Shown here: one piece after another, positions 16,549 through 27,053 of the stretch
Layout of the letters: the number at the start of each line of letters is the position of its first letter
Numbering within the stretch: the first letter of the stretch is position 1
NCBI GenBank assembly: GCA_020723485.1
Contig: DYIU01000002.1
Span: 25,167-89,166 of the forward strand
DNA from: Acidimicrobium ferrooxidans
Lineage (GTDB): Bacteria; Actinomycetota; Geothermincolia; Fen-727; Anoxymicrobiaceae
Length of the DNA: 64,000 bases
Direction of reading: 5' to 3'
Made by a program: the position numbers and the translations under genes
Notes under the pieces: model-generated
Database searches by the model: none
Told to the model about the DNA's origin: nothing
Seen by the model: the letters and a program-made list of their open reading frames with translations, nothing else

Positions 16549-19251
16549 ATGACTATGGGCGAGAAGCGTAAAGTACTCCTGCTCGACGGGCACAGCCTGG
16601 CGTACCGTGCCTTCTTCGCCCTGCCTGACACGATGAGCACGACCGGCGGCCAGCCCACGAACGCCGTTTACGGCTTCACCAGCATGCTCTTGAAGGTCCT
16701 CGACGAGGAGCGCCCGGACGCGGTCGTGGTGGCTTTCGACGGGCCGCGCGCGGACCTTCACAGGACGGCCGAGTACCCCGAATACAAGGCCCACCGGCCG
16801 AGTATGCCCGACGAGCTCCGTAGCCAGATGGAGATGATAGAACACCTCCTGGTCCACATGAACATCCCAGCGGTCAGGGCCGAGGGCTTCGAAGCCGACG
16901 ACCTTCTCGGAACCATGGCGAGGAGCGTCACCGGCACCGGGGACGACGCGGTGATAGTGACCGGTGACAGGGACACCCTGCAGCTGGTCGGTGAGGGCGT
17001 GACCGTCCTCATGACAGGGAAGGGCATTACTGAGACGGTGAGGTTCGACCGGAAGGCTGTGGAGGACAAGTACGGCGTTCCTCCGGAGAAGCTTCCCGAC
17101 GTCGCGGGCCTGAAAGGCGACTCCTCGGACAACATCCCCGGGGTCCCGGGCATAGGGGAGAAGGGCGCCTCGGCGCTGATAAAGGAGTACGGCTCCCTGG
17201 AGGAGGTCTATGAGAACCTGGACCGCGTATCCGGCCAGAAGCGCCGGAGCTCTCTCGAGGAGAACCGGGACCTGGCATTTCTCTCCCGGGAGCTCTCCAG
17301 GCTGGTCACCGACGTCCCGATGGAGCTCGACCCCGGAGCGGTGGAGTTCGGCTCGTGGAACAGGAAGGACGTCCTGGACTACCTGTCGGCCCTGGAGTTC
17401 AAGACCCTCGCAAGGCGCTTTCTGGAGATGTTCGGTGAGGGACTCCCGCCCGAGGAAGAAAGCCACGGCGGAGGGGTGGACTACAGGCTCGTGGACCCGC
17501 ACAGCGGTGCGGACCTGGACGCCTTCACCGCCCGGGCCCGGGAGGCGGGGGCGGTAGCAGTCGCCGGGTCGTGCTCGGGGTCCGGGTACTGCGACGTGGA
17601 GCTGGACGCGCTCGCGCTTGCCACGGGGGACCGTGCGCTCATAGTCGGCGGTTCCGAACCCTCCGGGACCTGGAACACCGTGCGGGAGATACTGGGCTCG
17701 GCCTCGATAGAGAAATGGGTTCATGACGCGAAGGCAACCCTCGAGGCCCTGGACAAAGAGGGGGTCGAGACGGGACCCGTCACCTTCGACACCGCGCTGG
17801 CGGCTTACCTCGAGAACCCTTCTCTCGGGACGTACTATCTCTGGGACCTCTGGGAGCGGAACCTCGGAGGCGTCATATCCATAAACGGCAGTCCCGGAGT
17901 CTCCACCGAGCAGCCGGCCCTAATCTCTGGTGACACAGGGGGCGCATGCGATGAGATTGCGCTCGATGCGGCCAGGATTTTCCATCTGAAGAGCGTGCTG
18001 GAGGAGAAGCTGCACGCACTGGGGATGCTGCCGCTGTTTACCCGCATAGAGATGCCGGTGATGATGGTTCTGAAGCAGATGGAAGAGGAAGGGGTCGCCC
18101 TCGACAACCTGGTCCTTGAGGGCCTTTCCGCCGAGGCGTCTTCGGCGCTCTCCTCCCTGGAGAAGGACATCTACGTGCTGGCGGGGTGCGAGTTCAACAT
18201 CGGCTCTCCCAAGCAGCTCTCCAAAGTACTGTTCGAGGAGTTGGGGCTGACACCGGTCAAGAGGACCAAGACCGGTTACTCTACCGATTCGTCCGTGCTG
18301 GAAGCCCTGCGCCAGGAGCACCCCATCGCGGGCAAGCTCATCGAGTACCGTGAATACTCCAAGCTGAAATCGACCTACTTCGACGTCCTTCCCGCTCTAG
18401 TGTGCCCGGGGACCGGAAGGTTGCACGGTACGTTCAACCAGACCGCGACCTCGACCGGGCGCATCTCGTCCAGCAATCCCAACCTGCAGAACATACCTGT
18501 GCGGACGGACGTGGGGCGCCGCATCAGGGCCGCGTTCATCCCGGGGCCGGCCAGCTGGAAGATGCTTGTCGCCGACTACTCACAGATCGAGCTGCGGGTG
18601 CTGGCGCACATGTCGGCGGACGAGCGGCTTCTCGAGGCGTTCGACAATGACGCTGACATCCACAGCGAGACCGCATCCGAGCTGTTCGGGGTGCCGGCGG
18701 GCGAGGTAACGCCTGAGATGCGGCGCATGGCCAAGGTGGTCAACTTCGGGGTCGTCTACGGCATGGGTTACTACGGGCTGTCCTCCAGGCTCGGCATATC
18801 GATGGAGGAGGCCACGCGCTACATCGACACGTACTTCGAGACCTATGAGGGTGTCAGGGAGTACCGCGACAGGTGCATCGCCGACGCCGCGAGGCTGGGG
18901 TACGCCGAGACGCTGTTCGGGCGCCGGCGATTCATCAACGAGCTGGGCAGCGGGAACCGCCAGACCAGGGAGCTGGGCGAGCGGCTCGCCATCAACACTC
19001 CTCTCCAGGGGACCGCCGCTGACATAATCAAGAAGGCCATGGCGGATGTCGCGTCGGCGATAGCTGCCGGTGGGCTCGAATCGCGGCTCACTCTCCAGAT
19101 ACACGATGAGCTGATGCTCGAGTCTCCCCCGGAAGAGCTCGAGCGGGTGACGGACCTGGTGCGCTCGTGCATGATGGGGGCCGCCGACCTGCTCGTCGAT
19201 CTGAAGGTTGACATCGGCGCCTACGACAACTGGGGCGAAGCAAAGCAGTAA
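16549..19251 (+). CDS. polA: DNA polymerase I
   Basis: 5'-nuclease N-terminus (LLLDGHSLAYRAFFAL), polymerase motif A DYSQIELRVLAH, motif B RRMAKVVNFGVVYG, motif C QIHDEL. 900 aa. Confidence 0.96.
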   Translation: MTMGEKRKVLLLDGHSLAYRAFFALPDTMSTTGGQPTNAVYGFTSMLLKVLDEERPDAVVVAFDGPRADLHRTAEYPEYKAHRPSMPDELRSQMEMIEHLLVHMNIPAVRAEGFEADDLLGTMARSVTGTGDDAVIVTGDRDTLQLVGEGVTVLMTGKGITETVRFDRKAVEDKYGVPPEKLPDVAGLKGDSSDNIPGVPGIGEKGASALIKEYGSLEEVYENLDRVSGQKRRSSLEENRDLAFLSRELSRLVTDVPMELDPGAVEFGSWNRKDVLDYLSALEFKTLARRFLEMFGEGLPPEEESHGGGVDYRLVDPHSGADLDAFTARAREAGAVAVAGSCSGSGYCDVELDALALATGDRALIVGGSEPSGTWNTVREILGSASIEKWVHDAKATLEALDKEGVETGPVTFDTALAAYLENPSLGTYYLWDLWERNLGGVISINGSPGVSTEQPALISGDTGGACDEIALDAARIFHLKSVLEEKLHALGMLPLFTRIEMPVMMVLKQMEEEGVALDNLVLEGLSAEASSALSSLEKDIYVLAGCEFNIGSPKQLSKVLFEELGLTPVKRTKTGYSTDSSVLEALRQEHPIAGKLIEYREYSKLKSTYFDVLPALVCPGTGRLHGTFNQTATSTGRISSSNPNLQNIPVRTDVGRRIRAAFIPGPASWKMLVADYSQIELRVLAHMSADERLLEAFDNDADIHSETASELFGVPAGEVTPEMRRMAKVVNFGVVYGMGYYGLSSRLGISMEEATRYIDTYFETYEGVREYRDRCIADAARLGYAETLFGRRRFINELGSGNRQTRELGERLAINTPLQGTAADIIKKAMADVASAIAAGGLESRLTLQIHDELMLESPPEELERVTDLVRSCMMGAADLLVDLKVDIGAYDNWGEAKQ

Positions 19252-19281
19252 AGCGCGCGACGGCGCTATCATCCCATCAAC

Positions 19282-19310
19282 TTGCGGCTTAATAGTGTAT
19301 GTGCTACACA
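19282..19310 (+). promoter_or_regulatory. Putative rpsA promoter TTGCGG-N17-TACACA with TG extension
   Basis: TGCTACAC is shared with the rimP promoter, and the -35 resembles the trp-leader and rimP promoters. Confidence 0.4.
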
Positions 19311-19350
19311 TATCCTCGTATCCGTACGTCTATTGGAAGGAAAGACCACG

Positions 19351-21138
19351 ATGACTGACGAGGAGATCGGAAACACCACGGAGAGCGAGGAAGAAGAGGA
19401 AGACCTTCTAACCGGAGCCGGAGCAAGAGAGTCGCTGGCGAGCCTGGGGCTGAGTCCGGAGGAAAGCCAGGAGGTGCCCGATTACGACGGCACCATCAAG
19501 ATATTCAACGAAGGCGACATCGTTAACGGCACAGTGGTAAAAGTCGATAAAGAGGAGGTCCTCCTCGATATCGGCTATAAGTCAGAAGGCGTCATCCCCG
19601 CGCGTGAGCTTTCGATCAGGTACGACGTCAAGCCCTCTGAGCTGGTCCAGCCGGGCGACGAGCTCGAGGCGCTGGTTCTTCAGAAGGAGGACAAGGAAGG
19701 CCGCCTGATACTGTCAAAGAAGAGGGCCCAGTACGAGAGGGCCTGGGGCAACATCGAGCGCATAAAAGAAGAGGACGGCGTGGTCGAGGGCGAGGTCATC
19801 GAAGTGGTCAAGGGCGGCCTCATACTCGACATCGGCCTGCGCGGCTTCCTTCCGGCTTCCCTGGTGGACATGAGGAGGGTGAAGGACCTCAACCAGTTCC
19901 TGGGGCGTTCTCTCGAGGCGAAGATCATCGAGCTCGACAAGAACCGGAACAACGTCGTTCTATCCCGCCGCGCGTACCTCGAGAAGATGAAGTCCACCGA
20001 GCGCAAGGAATTCCTCGAGAACCTCGAGAAGGGCTCGAAGCGGACCGGTACCGTGTCGAGCATCGTGAACTTCGGTGCGTTCGTCGACCTCGGCGGGGTT
20101 GACGGCCTCATACACATATCAGAGCTCTCCTGGAGCCACGTCGACCACCCGTCGGAAGTGCTCGCAGTAGGCCAGGAAGTGACGGTGGAGATACTCGACG
20201 TGGACCTGGAGCGGGAGCGGGTGTCCCTGTCGCTCAAGAAGGCGCAGGAAGACCCCTGGGAGAAACTCGCCAAGGAGAAGCCCGCCGGCTCGACCGTGCA
20301 CGGGAAGGTTACCAAGCTGGTCCCGTTCGGGGCCTTCGTTGAGATCGCCCCGGGCGTCGAGGGGCTGGTTCACATCTCCGAGCTCGCCTGGGAGCATATC
20401 GAATTCCCCGAGGAAGTCGTCTCGGTGGGGGATGAGGTCGACGCGAAGATAATCGACATTGACCTCGACCGAAGGAGGATCTCCCTGAGCCTCAAGCAGC
20501 TTTCCAGTCCCGGTGAGTACGAATACGGCGAGTATGCGGAAGAGCGAGAGGAAGAGCCCCAGCTGGTCGAGGCGGAGGAGTTCGAGGCTCAGGCCGCGGA
20601 AAGCGCCGATTACGAGGAGGCCCCCGAGCCCGTCGGGCGGGTGGAGATCGCGAACGAAGCCGCCGAGATAGCTGCAGAGGTAGAGGGCATAGAGGCCGCG
20701 GTGGCAGAGGCGCCCTCGGAGGAACTCGAGTTGGAGCGCGTTGAGGAGGCGGTCGCCGAGGCAGGGGTCGAGGAGGCGGTGGAGGAAGCGGTCGCCGAAG
20801 CCGTGATGGAGGAAGCGGTGGAGGAGGCCGTCGAGGAAGCGGTCGAGGAAGCGGTCGCCGAGGCAGTGGTGGAGGAAGCCATCGCCGAGGAGGCCATAGA
20901 GGAAGTCATCGCCGAGGCAGTGGTGGAGGAAGCGGTGGAGGAAGCCATCGCCGAGGAGGCCGTAGAGGAAGCAGTCGTCGAGGCAGTGGTGGAGGAGGCG
21001 GTCGAGGAGGCCGAGGCGGGGGAGGCCGTTGAAGCCCCCGGTGAAGCGGAATCTTCGGAAGGCCCCGCGGATGCCGCGGAGGACGGTTCTCTCGAGTCGA
21101 TCCTCGCGGACATGCGGAAGAAGGGCCAGCAGGAGTAG
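19351..21138 (+). CDS. rpsA: 30S ribosomal protein S1 with long acidic (EEAV)n C-terminal extension
   Basis: Four S1 domains (GDIVNGTVVKV..., VEGEVIEVVKGG..., RTGTVSSIVNFGAFVDL..., VHGKVTKLVPFGAFVEI...). ATG 19351 follows GGAAGGAAAG. The tail runs from about 20510. Confidence 0.93.
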   Translation: MTDEEIGNTTESEEEEEDLLTGAGARESLASLGLSPEESQEVPDYDGTIKIFNEGDIVNGTVVKVDKEEVLLDIGYKSEGVIPARELSIRYDVKPSELVQPGDELEALVLQKEDKEGRLILSKKRAQYERAWGNIERIKEEDGVVEGEVIEVVKGGLILDIGLRGFLPASLVDMRRVKDLNQFLGRSLEAKIIELDKNRNNVVLSRRAYLEKMKSTERKEFLENLEKGSKRTGTVSSIVNFGAFVDLGGVDGLIHISELSWSHVDHPSEVLAVGQEVTVEILDVDLERERVSLSLKKAQEDPWEKLAKEKPAGSTVHGKVTKLVPFGAFVEIAPGVEGLVHISELAWEHIEFPEEVVSVGDEVDAKIIDIDLDRRRISLSLKQLSSPGEYEYGEYAEEREEEPQLVEAEEFEAQAAESADYEEAPEPVGRVEIANEAAEIAAEVEGIEAAVAEAPSEELELERVEEAVAEAGVEEAVEEAVAEAVMEEAVEEAVEEAVEEAVAEAVVEEAIAEEAIEEVIAEAVVEEAVEEAIAEEAVEEAVVEAVVEEAVEEAEAGEAVEAPGEAESSEGPADAAEDGSLESILADMRKKGQQE

Positions 21139-21149
21139 GCGGTCTCGGT

Positions 21150-21815
21150 TTGGGACACAGGGAGCTCTGGGGACCGGCGGGAGACAGGCTTCTCGTGGTG
21201 GGCCTGACAGGCGGGATAGCCTCCGGCAAGACAGAGGTGGCGCTCGAACTGAGGCGGCTCGGCGCCCTGGTGATCGACGCGGACGATGTTGCCCGCGAAG
21301 TCACGCTTCCGGGCGGGGCGGCTTACGGCCCCCTGGTCCAGGAGTTCGGTGAAGGGATCCTCGACCCTGACGGGAAACTCGATCGAGCGGCGCTAGCGGC
21401 ACTTGTCTTCCGCGACGACGAGAAGAGGAAGACTCTCAACAGCATCACCCACCCCGCGATATTCTCCGAGATAGCGCATCGAGTAGCCGAACACGCCGAG
21501 CGCCTGGAGCCGGGGGACGTCCACGCGGCTGTCGTGGACGCGGCGCTAATAGTCGACGTCGGCGCCACGGCGGTCTTCGACATGCTCGTGGTGGTGACAT
21601 CCGATGAGGAGACCCGGGTGGACCGCATGACCGCCGACAGGGGCATGGCGGAGGAGGAGTCGCGAGAGCGCATAGCCGCCCAGATACCTGATTCCGAGCG
21701 ACTTGCCAGGGCTGACCTGGTGATTGAGAACGACGGCACGCTGCTCGAGCTGAGATCAAGGGTCGGGGAAGTCTGGTCGGAGATTTCAGCGAGGTCCCGC
21801 GAACTCTACGGCTGA
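21150..21815 (+). CDS. coaE: Dephospho-CoA kinase
   Basis: VGLTGGIASGKT P-loop and ITHPAI motif. The true start may be GTG 21195. Confidence 0.9.
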   Translation: MGHRELWGPAGDRLLVVGLTGGIASGKTEVALELRRLGALVIDADDVAREVTLPGGAAYGPLVQEFGEGILDPDGKLDRAALAALVFRDDEKRKTLNSITHPAIFSEIAHRVAEHAERLEPGDVHAAVVDAALIVDVGATAVFDMLVVVTSDEETRVDRMTADRGMAEEESRERIAAQIPDSERLARADLVIENDGTLLELRSRVGEVWSEISARSRELYG

Positions 21816-22066
21816 GGGATCTCCTGCTCTTCGATGCTTCCAAGGAACGGGAACATCATCTTCAGCCTGTACTCTATCTCGCGGTCGATCTCGTCCATGT
21901 AGACCTCGTAGACGGGGCAGCCCATCTGCAGGCAGAGCATCAGGCTACGCGAGCCGCGCGGGTTGGAGACCTCCCAGCACCTCTTGCCTTCGAGGTAGGC
22001 CTTGCAGTTAAGGTACTGCGCGGCCGAGCATTTCTTTATTTCCCAGCAGTTCGGCGAATCGTTCAT
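21806..22066 (-). CDS. Small Cys-rich protein (86 aa) with two CWE motifs ('two-CW'-like)
   Basis: MNDSPNCWEIKKCSAAQYLNCKAYLEGKRCWEVSN... has six Cys in the first 50 aa. It carries its own promoter-like element. It is convergent with coaE and overlaps it by 10 nt. Confidence 0.6.
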   Translation of the reverse strand: MNDSPNCWEIKKCSAAQYLNCKAYLEGKRCWEVSNPRGSRSLMLCLQMGCPVYEVYMDEIDREIEYRLKMMFPFLGSIEEQEIPQP

Positions 22067-22075
22067 GGTTCATCC

Positions 22076-22104
22076 AAGTTAGCATTATTGGCAAACGCGG
22101 TCAA
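22076..22104 (-). promoter_or_regulatory. Putative promoter of the Cys-rich protein gene (TTGACC-N17-TAACTT)
   Basis: On the minus strand, the -10 ends 9 nt before the ATG, so the mRNA would be leaderless or nearly so. Confidence 0.35.
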
Positions 22105-22132
22105 ACGAACGAAAAAAGCATGACCTCCGCCA

Positions 22133-22162
22133 TTGAACAAACGGGGTGGGTTCGCCTAGAAT
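22133..22162 (+). promoter_or_regulatory. Putative uvrB promoter (TTGAAC-N18-TAGAAT)
   Basis: Good hexamers about 70 nt upstream of the uvrB ATG. Confidence 0.4.
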
Positions 22163-22231
22163 CCTACCTGGGGTCCTGCCTGGCGCGGGGCTCTCTTTAT
22201 TTGCGATACTGGATAACGGGGTTCTAGAAGT

Positions 22232-24217
22232 ATGGCAAGCCTCAAGACCGAGACCAGGTTCGTCCCGCAGGGAGATCAGCCAGGGGCGATACAAGGGCTG
22301 GTGGACGGCCTGCGCTCCGACGAGCGGTTCCAGGTGCTCCTGGGCGTAACCGGTTCCGGCAAGACTTACACGATGGCCAAGGTCATCGAGGAGGTCGGAA
22401 GACCCACACTGGTGCTCGCGCCCAACAAGACGCTGGCCGCCCAGCTCTATTCGGAGTTCAGGGAGTTCTTCCCGCACAACGCCGTCGAGTACTTCGTATC
22501 CTACTACGACTACTACCAGCCCGAGGCGTACATACCGAGCACCGACACGTACATAGAGAAGGACTCGTCCATCAACGATGAGATAGACCGCCTGCGGCAC
22601 GGCGCCACGTCCGCGCTGCTCTCGAGGGATGATGTCATAATCGTGGCGTCGGTCTCCTGTATATACGGCCTCGGTTCCCCCGACGAGTACATGAACCGCA
22701 TGGTGATGCTCGAGGTCGGCCGGGAGTACGACCGCGAGGCGGTGCTCAGGAAACTTGTGGACATAAAGTACGAGCGCAACGACCTGGCTCCCGACCGGGG
22801 CAAGTTCAGGGTCCGGGGCGACGTCATCGATGTCTACCCGGCGTACTGGGACCAGGCCGTACGCATCGACATGTTCGACGACGAGGTCGAGCGGATAACC
22901 GAAGTCGACCCGCTGACCGGAGAGGTGCTTGCAGAGCTCGACCGGACGGTCATCTGGCCTGCCACGCACTTCCTGACTCCGTCTGACAAACTCGACGCCG
23001 CGCTGGAGGCGATAGAGGACGAGCTCGCCGGAAGGCTCCTCGAGCTGGAAACTCAGGGCAAGCTCCTGGAAGCCCAGAGGCTCAAAATGCGCACCAACTA
23101 CGACCTCGAGATGCTGCGCGAGACCGGATACTGCCACGGCATAGAGAACTACAGCCGCCACCTCGCGGGCCGCTCGGAAGGGGAGCCCCCTTACACACTA
23201 ATCGACTTCTTCGGGAAGGGGTTCCTCACGTTCATAGACGAGTCGCACATAACCGTGCCCCAGCTGTCGGGGATGCTCAACGGTGACCGCTCCCGCAAGC
23301 TCACGCTTGTCGAGCACGGTTTCAGGCTGCCCTCCGCACTCGACAACCGCCCGCTGTCGCAGGAGGAGTTTTTCAACAAGGTGAACAACGTCGTCTTCGT
23401 GAGCGCGACCCCGGCGGCCTGGGAGATGGAGCGAGCGGAGAGAGTCGTGGAACAGGTGATAAGGCCCACCGGGCTGGTCGACCCGGAGATCGAGGTTCGC
23501 CCGGCGGAGGGTCAGATAGACGACCTCATGAACGAGGTGCGGGAGCGTGTGGTGAAACGTGAGCGGGTGCTGGTGACGACGCTCACGAAGAAGATGGCCG
23601 AGACTCTCGCCGAGTACCTGTCGGAGATGGGTATCAAGTCAAGGTACCTGCACTCCGAGATAGGGACGGTCGAGAGGGTTGAGATACTGCGTGACCTCCG
23701 CGCCGGCGCCTTCGACGTTCTCGTGGGGATAAACCTGCTGCGCGAGGGACTCGACCTCCCCGAGGTATCGCTTGTCGCGATACTGGATGCCGACAAGCAG
23801 GGTTTCCTGCGCAGCGAGCGCAGTCTCGTCCAGACGATGGGACGGGCAAGCAGGAACGTCCACGGCAAAGTGCTCCTCTACGCGCAGGATTACTCGGAGG
23901 CGATGCGTAACGCTATCGAAGAGACGAGGCGGAGGAGAGACCGCCAGGTGCTCTACAACGAGGAGCACTGCATAGACCCGCAGACTATCCAGAAGGAGGT
24001 CCGCGACATCCTGGAGGTGGCAATGGCGCCCCAGGGCGCGGCGCCGCAGGACCCGGTGGAGCGCGCCCGCGGCCTCGAGCCCGCCGAGCTGCAGCGCCTT
24101 CTTCTGAACATGGAGGAGGAGATGCGCCTGCTCGCCGAGGAGCTCAGGTTCGAGGAGGCCGCCGGGCTGAGGGACCAGATACGAAGGATAAGCGAGGAGC
24201 TTCTGCCAGGTGGATGA
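22232..24217 (+). CDS. uvrB: Excinuclease ABC subunit B
   Basis: GVTGSGKT Walker A, helicase motifs (DESH), C-terminal UVR domain ([21 protein letters not shown]). Confidence 0.97.
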   Translation: MASLKTETRFVPQGDQPGAIQGLVDGLRSDERFQVLLGVTGSGKTYTMAKVIEEVGRPTLVLAPNKTLAAQLYSEFREFFPHNAVEYFVSYYDYYQPEAYIPSTDTYIEKDSSINDEIDRLRHGATSALLSRDDVIIVASVSCIYGLGSPDEYMNRMVMLEVGREYDREAVLRKLVDIKYERNDLAPDRGKFRVRGDVIDVYPAYWDQAVRIDMFDDEVERITEVDPLTGEVLAELDRTVIWPATHFLTPSDKLDAALEAIEDELAGRLLELETQGKLLEAQRLKMRTNYDLEMLRETGYCHGIENYSRHLAGRSEGEPPYTLIDFFGKGFLTFIDESHITVPQLSGMLNGDRSRKLTLVEHGFRLPSALDNRPLSQEEFFNKVNNVVFVSATPAAWEMERAERVVEQVIRPTGLVDPEIEVRPAEGQIDDLMNEVRERVVKRERVLVTTLTKKMAETLAEYLSEMGIKSRYLHSEIGTVERVEILRDLRAGAFDVLVGINLLREGLDLPEVSLVAILDADKQGFLRSERSLVQTMGRASRNVHGKVLLYAQDYSEAMRNAIEETRRRRDRQVLYNEEHCIDPQTIQKEVRDILEVAMAPQGAAPQDPVERARGLEPAELQRLLLNMEEEMRLLAEELRFEEAAGLRDQIRRISEELLPGG

Positions 24218-27053
24218 CGACGTATTGAAGATACGGGGCGCGCGAGAGCACAACCTGAAGGATGTGAACCTCGACCTCCCGCGCAACAAGATGATAGTGA
24301 TGACGGGCATAAGCGGCTCCGGCAAATCCTCTCTCGCGTTCGACACCATATACGCCGAGGGGCAGCGTCGCTACGTTGAGTCTCTGTCCTCCTACGCGAG
24401 GCAGTTCCTGGGCCAGCTCGACAAGCCGGACGTCGACCTCATCGAGGGCCTGTCGCCCGCTATCTCGATAGACCAGAAGGCCGGCACCAGCAACCCGAGA
24501 TCGACCGTCGGGACGGTGACCGAGATATACGACTACCTGAGGGTGCTCTACGCCAGGATCGGCGTCCCCCACTGTTACGAGTGCGGCCGCCAGGTCTCCC
24601 GCCAGAGCCCGGAGCAGATAACCGACAAGATACTGTCCATGTCGGAGGGCTCGAAGATAATGCTGCTCGCCCCCATGGTGCGCGGGCGCAAGGGCGAGCA
24701 CCAGGCCGTATTCGAGAGCCTGCGACAGCGGGGGTACGTCCGTGTCATGGTCGACGGCTCCGTTCGCGACCTCTCCGAAGAGATAGAACTCGACAAGAAC
24801 AGGAAGCACGAGATACTCGCGGTCGTGGACCGCCTCGTCCTGAAGGATGGAGCCAGGTCCAGGGTCGCGGAGTCGGTCGAGGCGGCACTGCACCTGGGCG
24901 AGGGCATGGTCGCGGTCCAGGACGAGGAGGGCAGGCGCGACCTCTACTCCGAGGAGTTCGCGTGTGTGCACTGCGCCATCAGCTTCCCCGAGATATCGCC
25001 CCGCACGTTCTCCTTCAACAGCCCTTACGGCGCCTGCCGGGTATGCGGAGGGCTGGGCTACCGCCAGGAGATAGATCCGGAACTTGTGGTCCCGGACCAG
25101 ACCCGCACCCTCATCGAGGGGGCCATAGCGCCCTGGGAGGCGGCTACGCAGACGCACTTCTACAGCGTCCTGCAGGCGCTCGCCGACGGGTACGGCTTCA
25201 GTCTCACGGTTCCCTTCGGGGACCTTGACGACGAGGTAAAGCAGCTCGTGCTCTACGGCTCGGGCGACGACGAGGTGCTGGTGCGCCACAACGACGCCCG
25301 TAACCGCCAGCGCACCTACTACACGCAGTACGAGGGGGTGATCCCAACCCTCGAGCGCCGCTACAAGGAGACGGAGTCGGAGTACTCCCGGTGGCGCATC
25401 GGTATGTACATGAGCGTAAAACCCTGCCCGGCGTGCGGGGGAGCGCGTCTCAAGCCGGAGAGCCTCGCGGTCACGGTCGCCGACCTCAACATAGCGGAGC
25501 TCTCAGACCTCACCATCGAGAGGGCGCTCCGGTTCATGAAGCAGCTCAAGCTGGGCGCGCGCGAGAAGGTCATCGCCGCCCGCATAATCAAGGAGGTCAC
25601 CGCCCGGCTGCGCTTCCTGGAGGATGTGGGCCTGGACTACCTCACGCTCTCCAGGCAGGCGAGCACCCTCGCCGGCGGCGAGTCGCAGCGCATACGACTG
25701 GCCACCCAGATAGGTTCCGGGCTGGTCGGGGTGCTCTATATACTGGACGAGCCCAGCGTAGGCCTCCACAAGCGCGACAACAACCGCCTGATCGACACCC
25801 TGAAGCGCCTGAGGGACCTCGGCAACACGGTCATCGTAGTGGAGCATGACGAGGACACCATGATGGCGGCCGATTACCTGGTCGACATCGGCCCTGGGGC
25901 CGGGATACACGGCGGGCGCATCATCGCCACCGGTACCGCCGAAGACATCATGGCGAGCGCGAAGTCCATCACCGGGCGCTACCTCTCGGGGGAGCTCGAG
26001 ATACCGGTGCCTCCGCACAGGAGACCCTCAGACGGCAGGTCGCTGACGGTCCGAGGGGCCCGGGAGCACAACCTCAAGGAGATCGACGTCGAGTTTCCGC
26101 TGGGGATATTCACCTGCGTCACGGGCGTGAGCGGCTCCGGCAAGAGCACCCTGGTCAACGAGATACTGTACCGGGGGCTCCGCCGCAGGCTGTCTTCCTC
26201 GCGGACGCCACCGGGAAGGCACCTTGGCATCGACGGCGTTGACGAGATAGACAAGGTCGTGAACATCGACCAGTCCCCCATCGGTCGCACGCCCAGGTCA
26301 AACCCGGCGACGTACACAAAGGTGTTCGACGGGGTGCGCTCGCTCTTCGCAAGCACGCCGCAGGCGAAGGTACGGGGATACAAGCCCGGCCGCTTCAGCT
26401 TCAACGTGCCTGGCGGTCGCTGCGAAGCCTGCAAGGGCGAGGGCATGGTCAAGATAGAGATGCACTTCCTGCCGGACGTCTACATCGCGTGCGAGGTATG
26501 CAAGGGTCGCCGGTTCAACAGGGAGACGCTGGAGATAACTTACAAGGGCAAGAACATACACCAGGTCCTGGAGATGACCGTCGAGGAGGCGATGTCCACC
26601 TTCGAGAACATACCGGTCATCAAGAGGCAGCTGCAGATACTGTCCGACGTCGGACTGGGGTACATAAGGCTTGGCCAACCGGCCCCGACGCTTTCCGGTG
26701 GCGAGGCACAGAGGGTCAAGCTCGCCCGCGAGCTGTCAAAGAGGGCGACCGGTCGGACCCTGTACCTCCTTGACGAGCCGACGACGGGGCTGCACTTCGA
26801 TGACATCAGCAAGCTCATCGAGGTGCTCGACAGGCTCGTGGAAGGTGGGAACACCGTAGTGGTCGTCGAGCACAACATGGACGTGATCAAGGTGGCGGAC
26901 CACATCATCGACCTCGGGCCCGAGGGAGGCGACAAGGGCGGCGAACTGGTGGCGTCCGGGACGCCGGAAGCCGTGGCCGCCACGAGGCGCTCCTATACCG
27001 GGAGGTACCTCAAGAAGGTCCTGGCGGGGCAGGCCGCGGGTAACAGGCGATGA
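24210..27053 (+). CDS. uvrA: Excinuclease ABC subunit A
   Basis: Two ABC modules ([24 protein letters not shown]), zinc-finger CxxC pairs, LSGGE signatures. 947 aa. Confidence 0.97.
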   Translation: MDDDVLKIRGAREHNLKDVNLDLPRNKMIVMTGISGSGKSSLAFDTIYAEGQRRYVESLSSYARQFLGQLDKPDVDLIEGLSPAISIDQKAGTSNPRSTVGTVTEIYDYLRVLYARIGVPHCYECGRQVSRQSPEQITDKILSMSEGSKIMLLAPMVRGRKGEHQAVFESLRQRGYVRVMVDGSVRDLSEEIELDKNRKHEILAVVDRLVLKDGARSRVAESVEAALHLGEGMVAVQDEEGRRDLYSEEFACVHCAISFPEISPRTFSFNSPYGACRVCGGLGYRQEIDPELVVPDQTRTLIEGAIAPWEAATQTHFYSVLQALADGYGFSLTVPFGDLDDEVKQLVLYGSGDDEVLVRHNDARNRQRTYYTQYEGVIPTLERRYKETESEYSRWRIGMYMSVKPCPACGGARLKPESLAVTVADLNIAELSDLTIERALRFMKQLKLGAREKVIAARIIKEVTARLRFLEDVGLDYLTLSRQASTLAGGESQRIRLATQIGSGLVGVLYILDEPSVGLHKRDNNRLIDTLKRLRDLGNTVIVVEHDEDTMMAADYLVDIGPGAGIHGGRIIATGTAEDIMASAKSITGRYLSGELEIPVPPHRRPSDGRSLTVRGAREHNLKEIDVEFPLGIFTCVTGVSGSGKSTLVNEILYRGLRRRLSSSRTPPGRHLGIDGVDEIDKVVNIDQSPIGRTPRSNPATYTKVFDGVRSLFASTPQAKVRGYKPGRFSFNVPGGRCEACKGEGMVKIEMHFLPDVYIACEVCKGRRFNRETLEITYKGKNIHQVLEMTVEEAMSTFENIPVIKRQLQILSDVGLGYIRLGQPAPTLSGGEAQRVKLARELSKRATGRTLYLLDEPTTGLHFDDISKLIEVLDRLVEGGNTVVVVEHNMDVIKVADHIIDLGPEGGDKGGELVASGTPEAVAATRRSYTGRYLKKVLAGQAAGNRR

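Noticed and set aside
22133-22156. GAAC...GTTC in the uvrB promoter considered as a LexA/SOS box.
   Set aside because: The half-sites are separated by 11 nt, whereas the Gram-positive/actinobacterial box is GAAC-N4-GTTC. It cannot be called without knowing the lineage-specific LexA motif.
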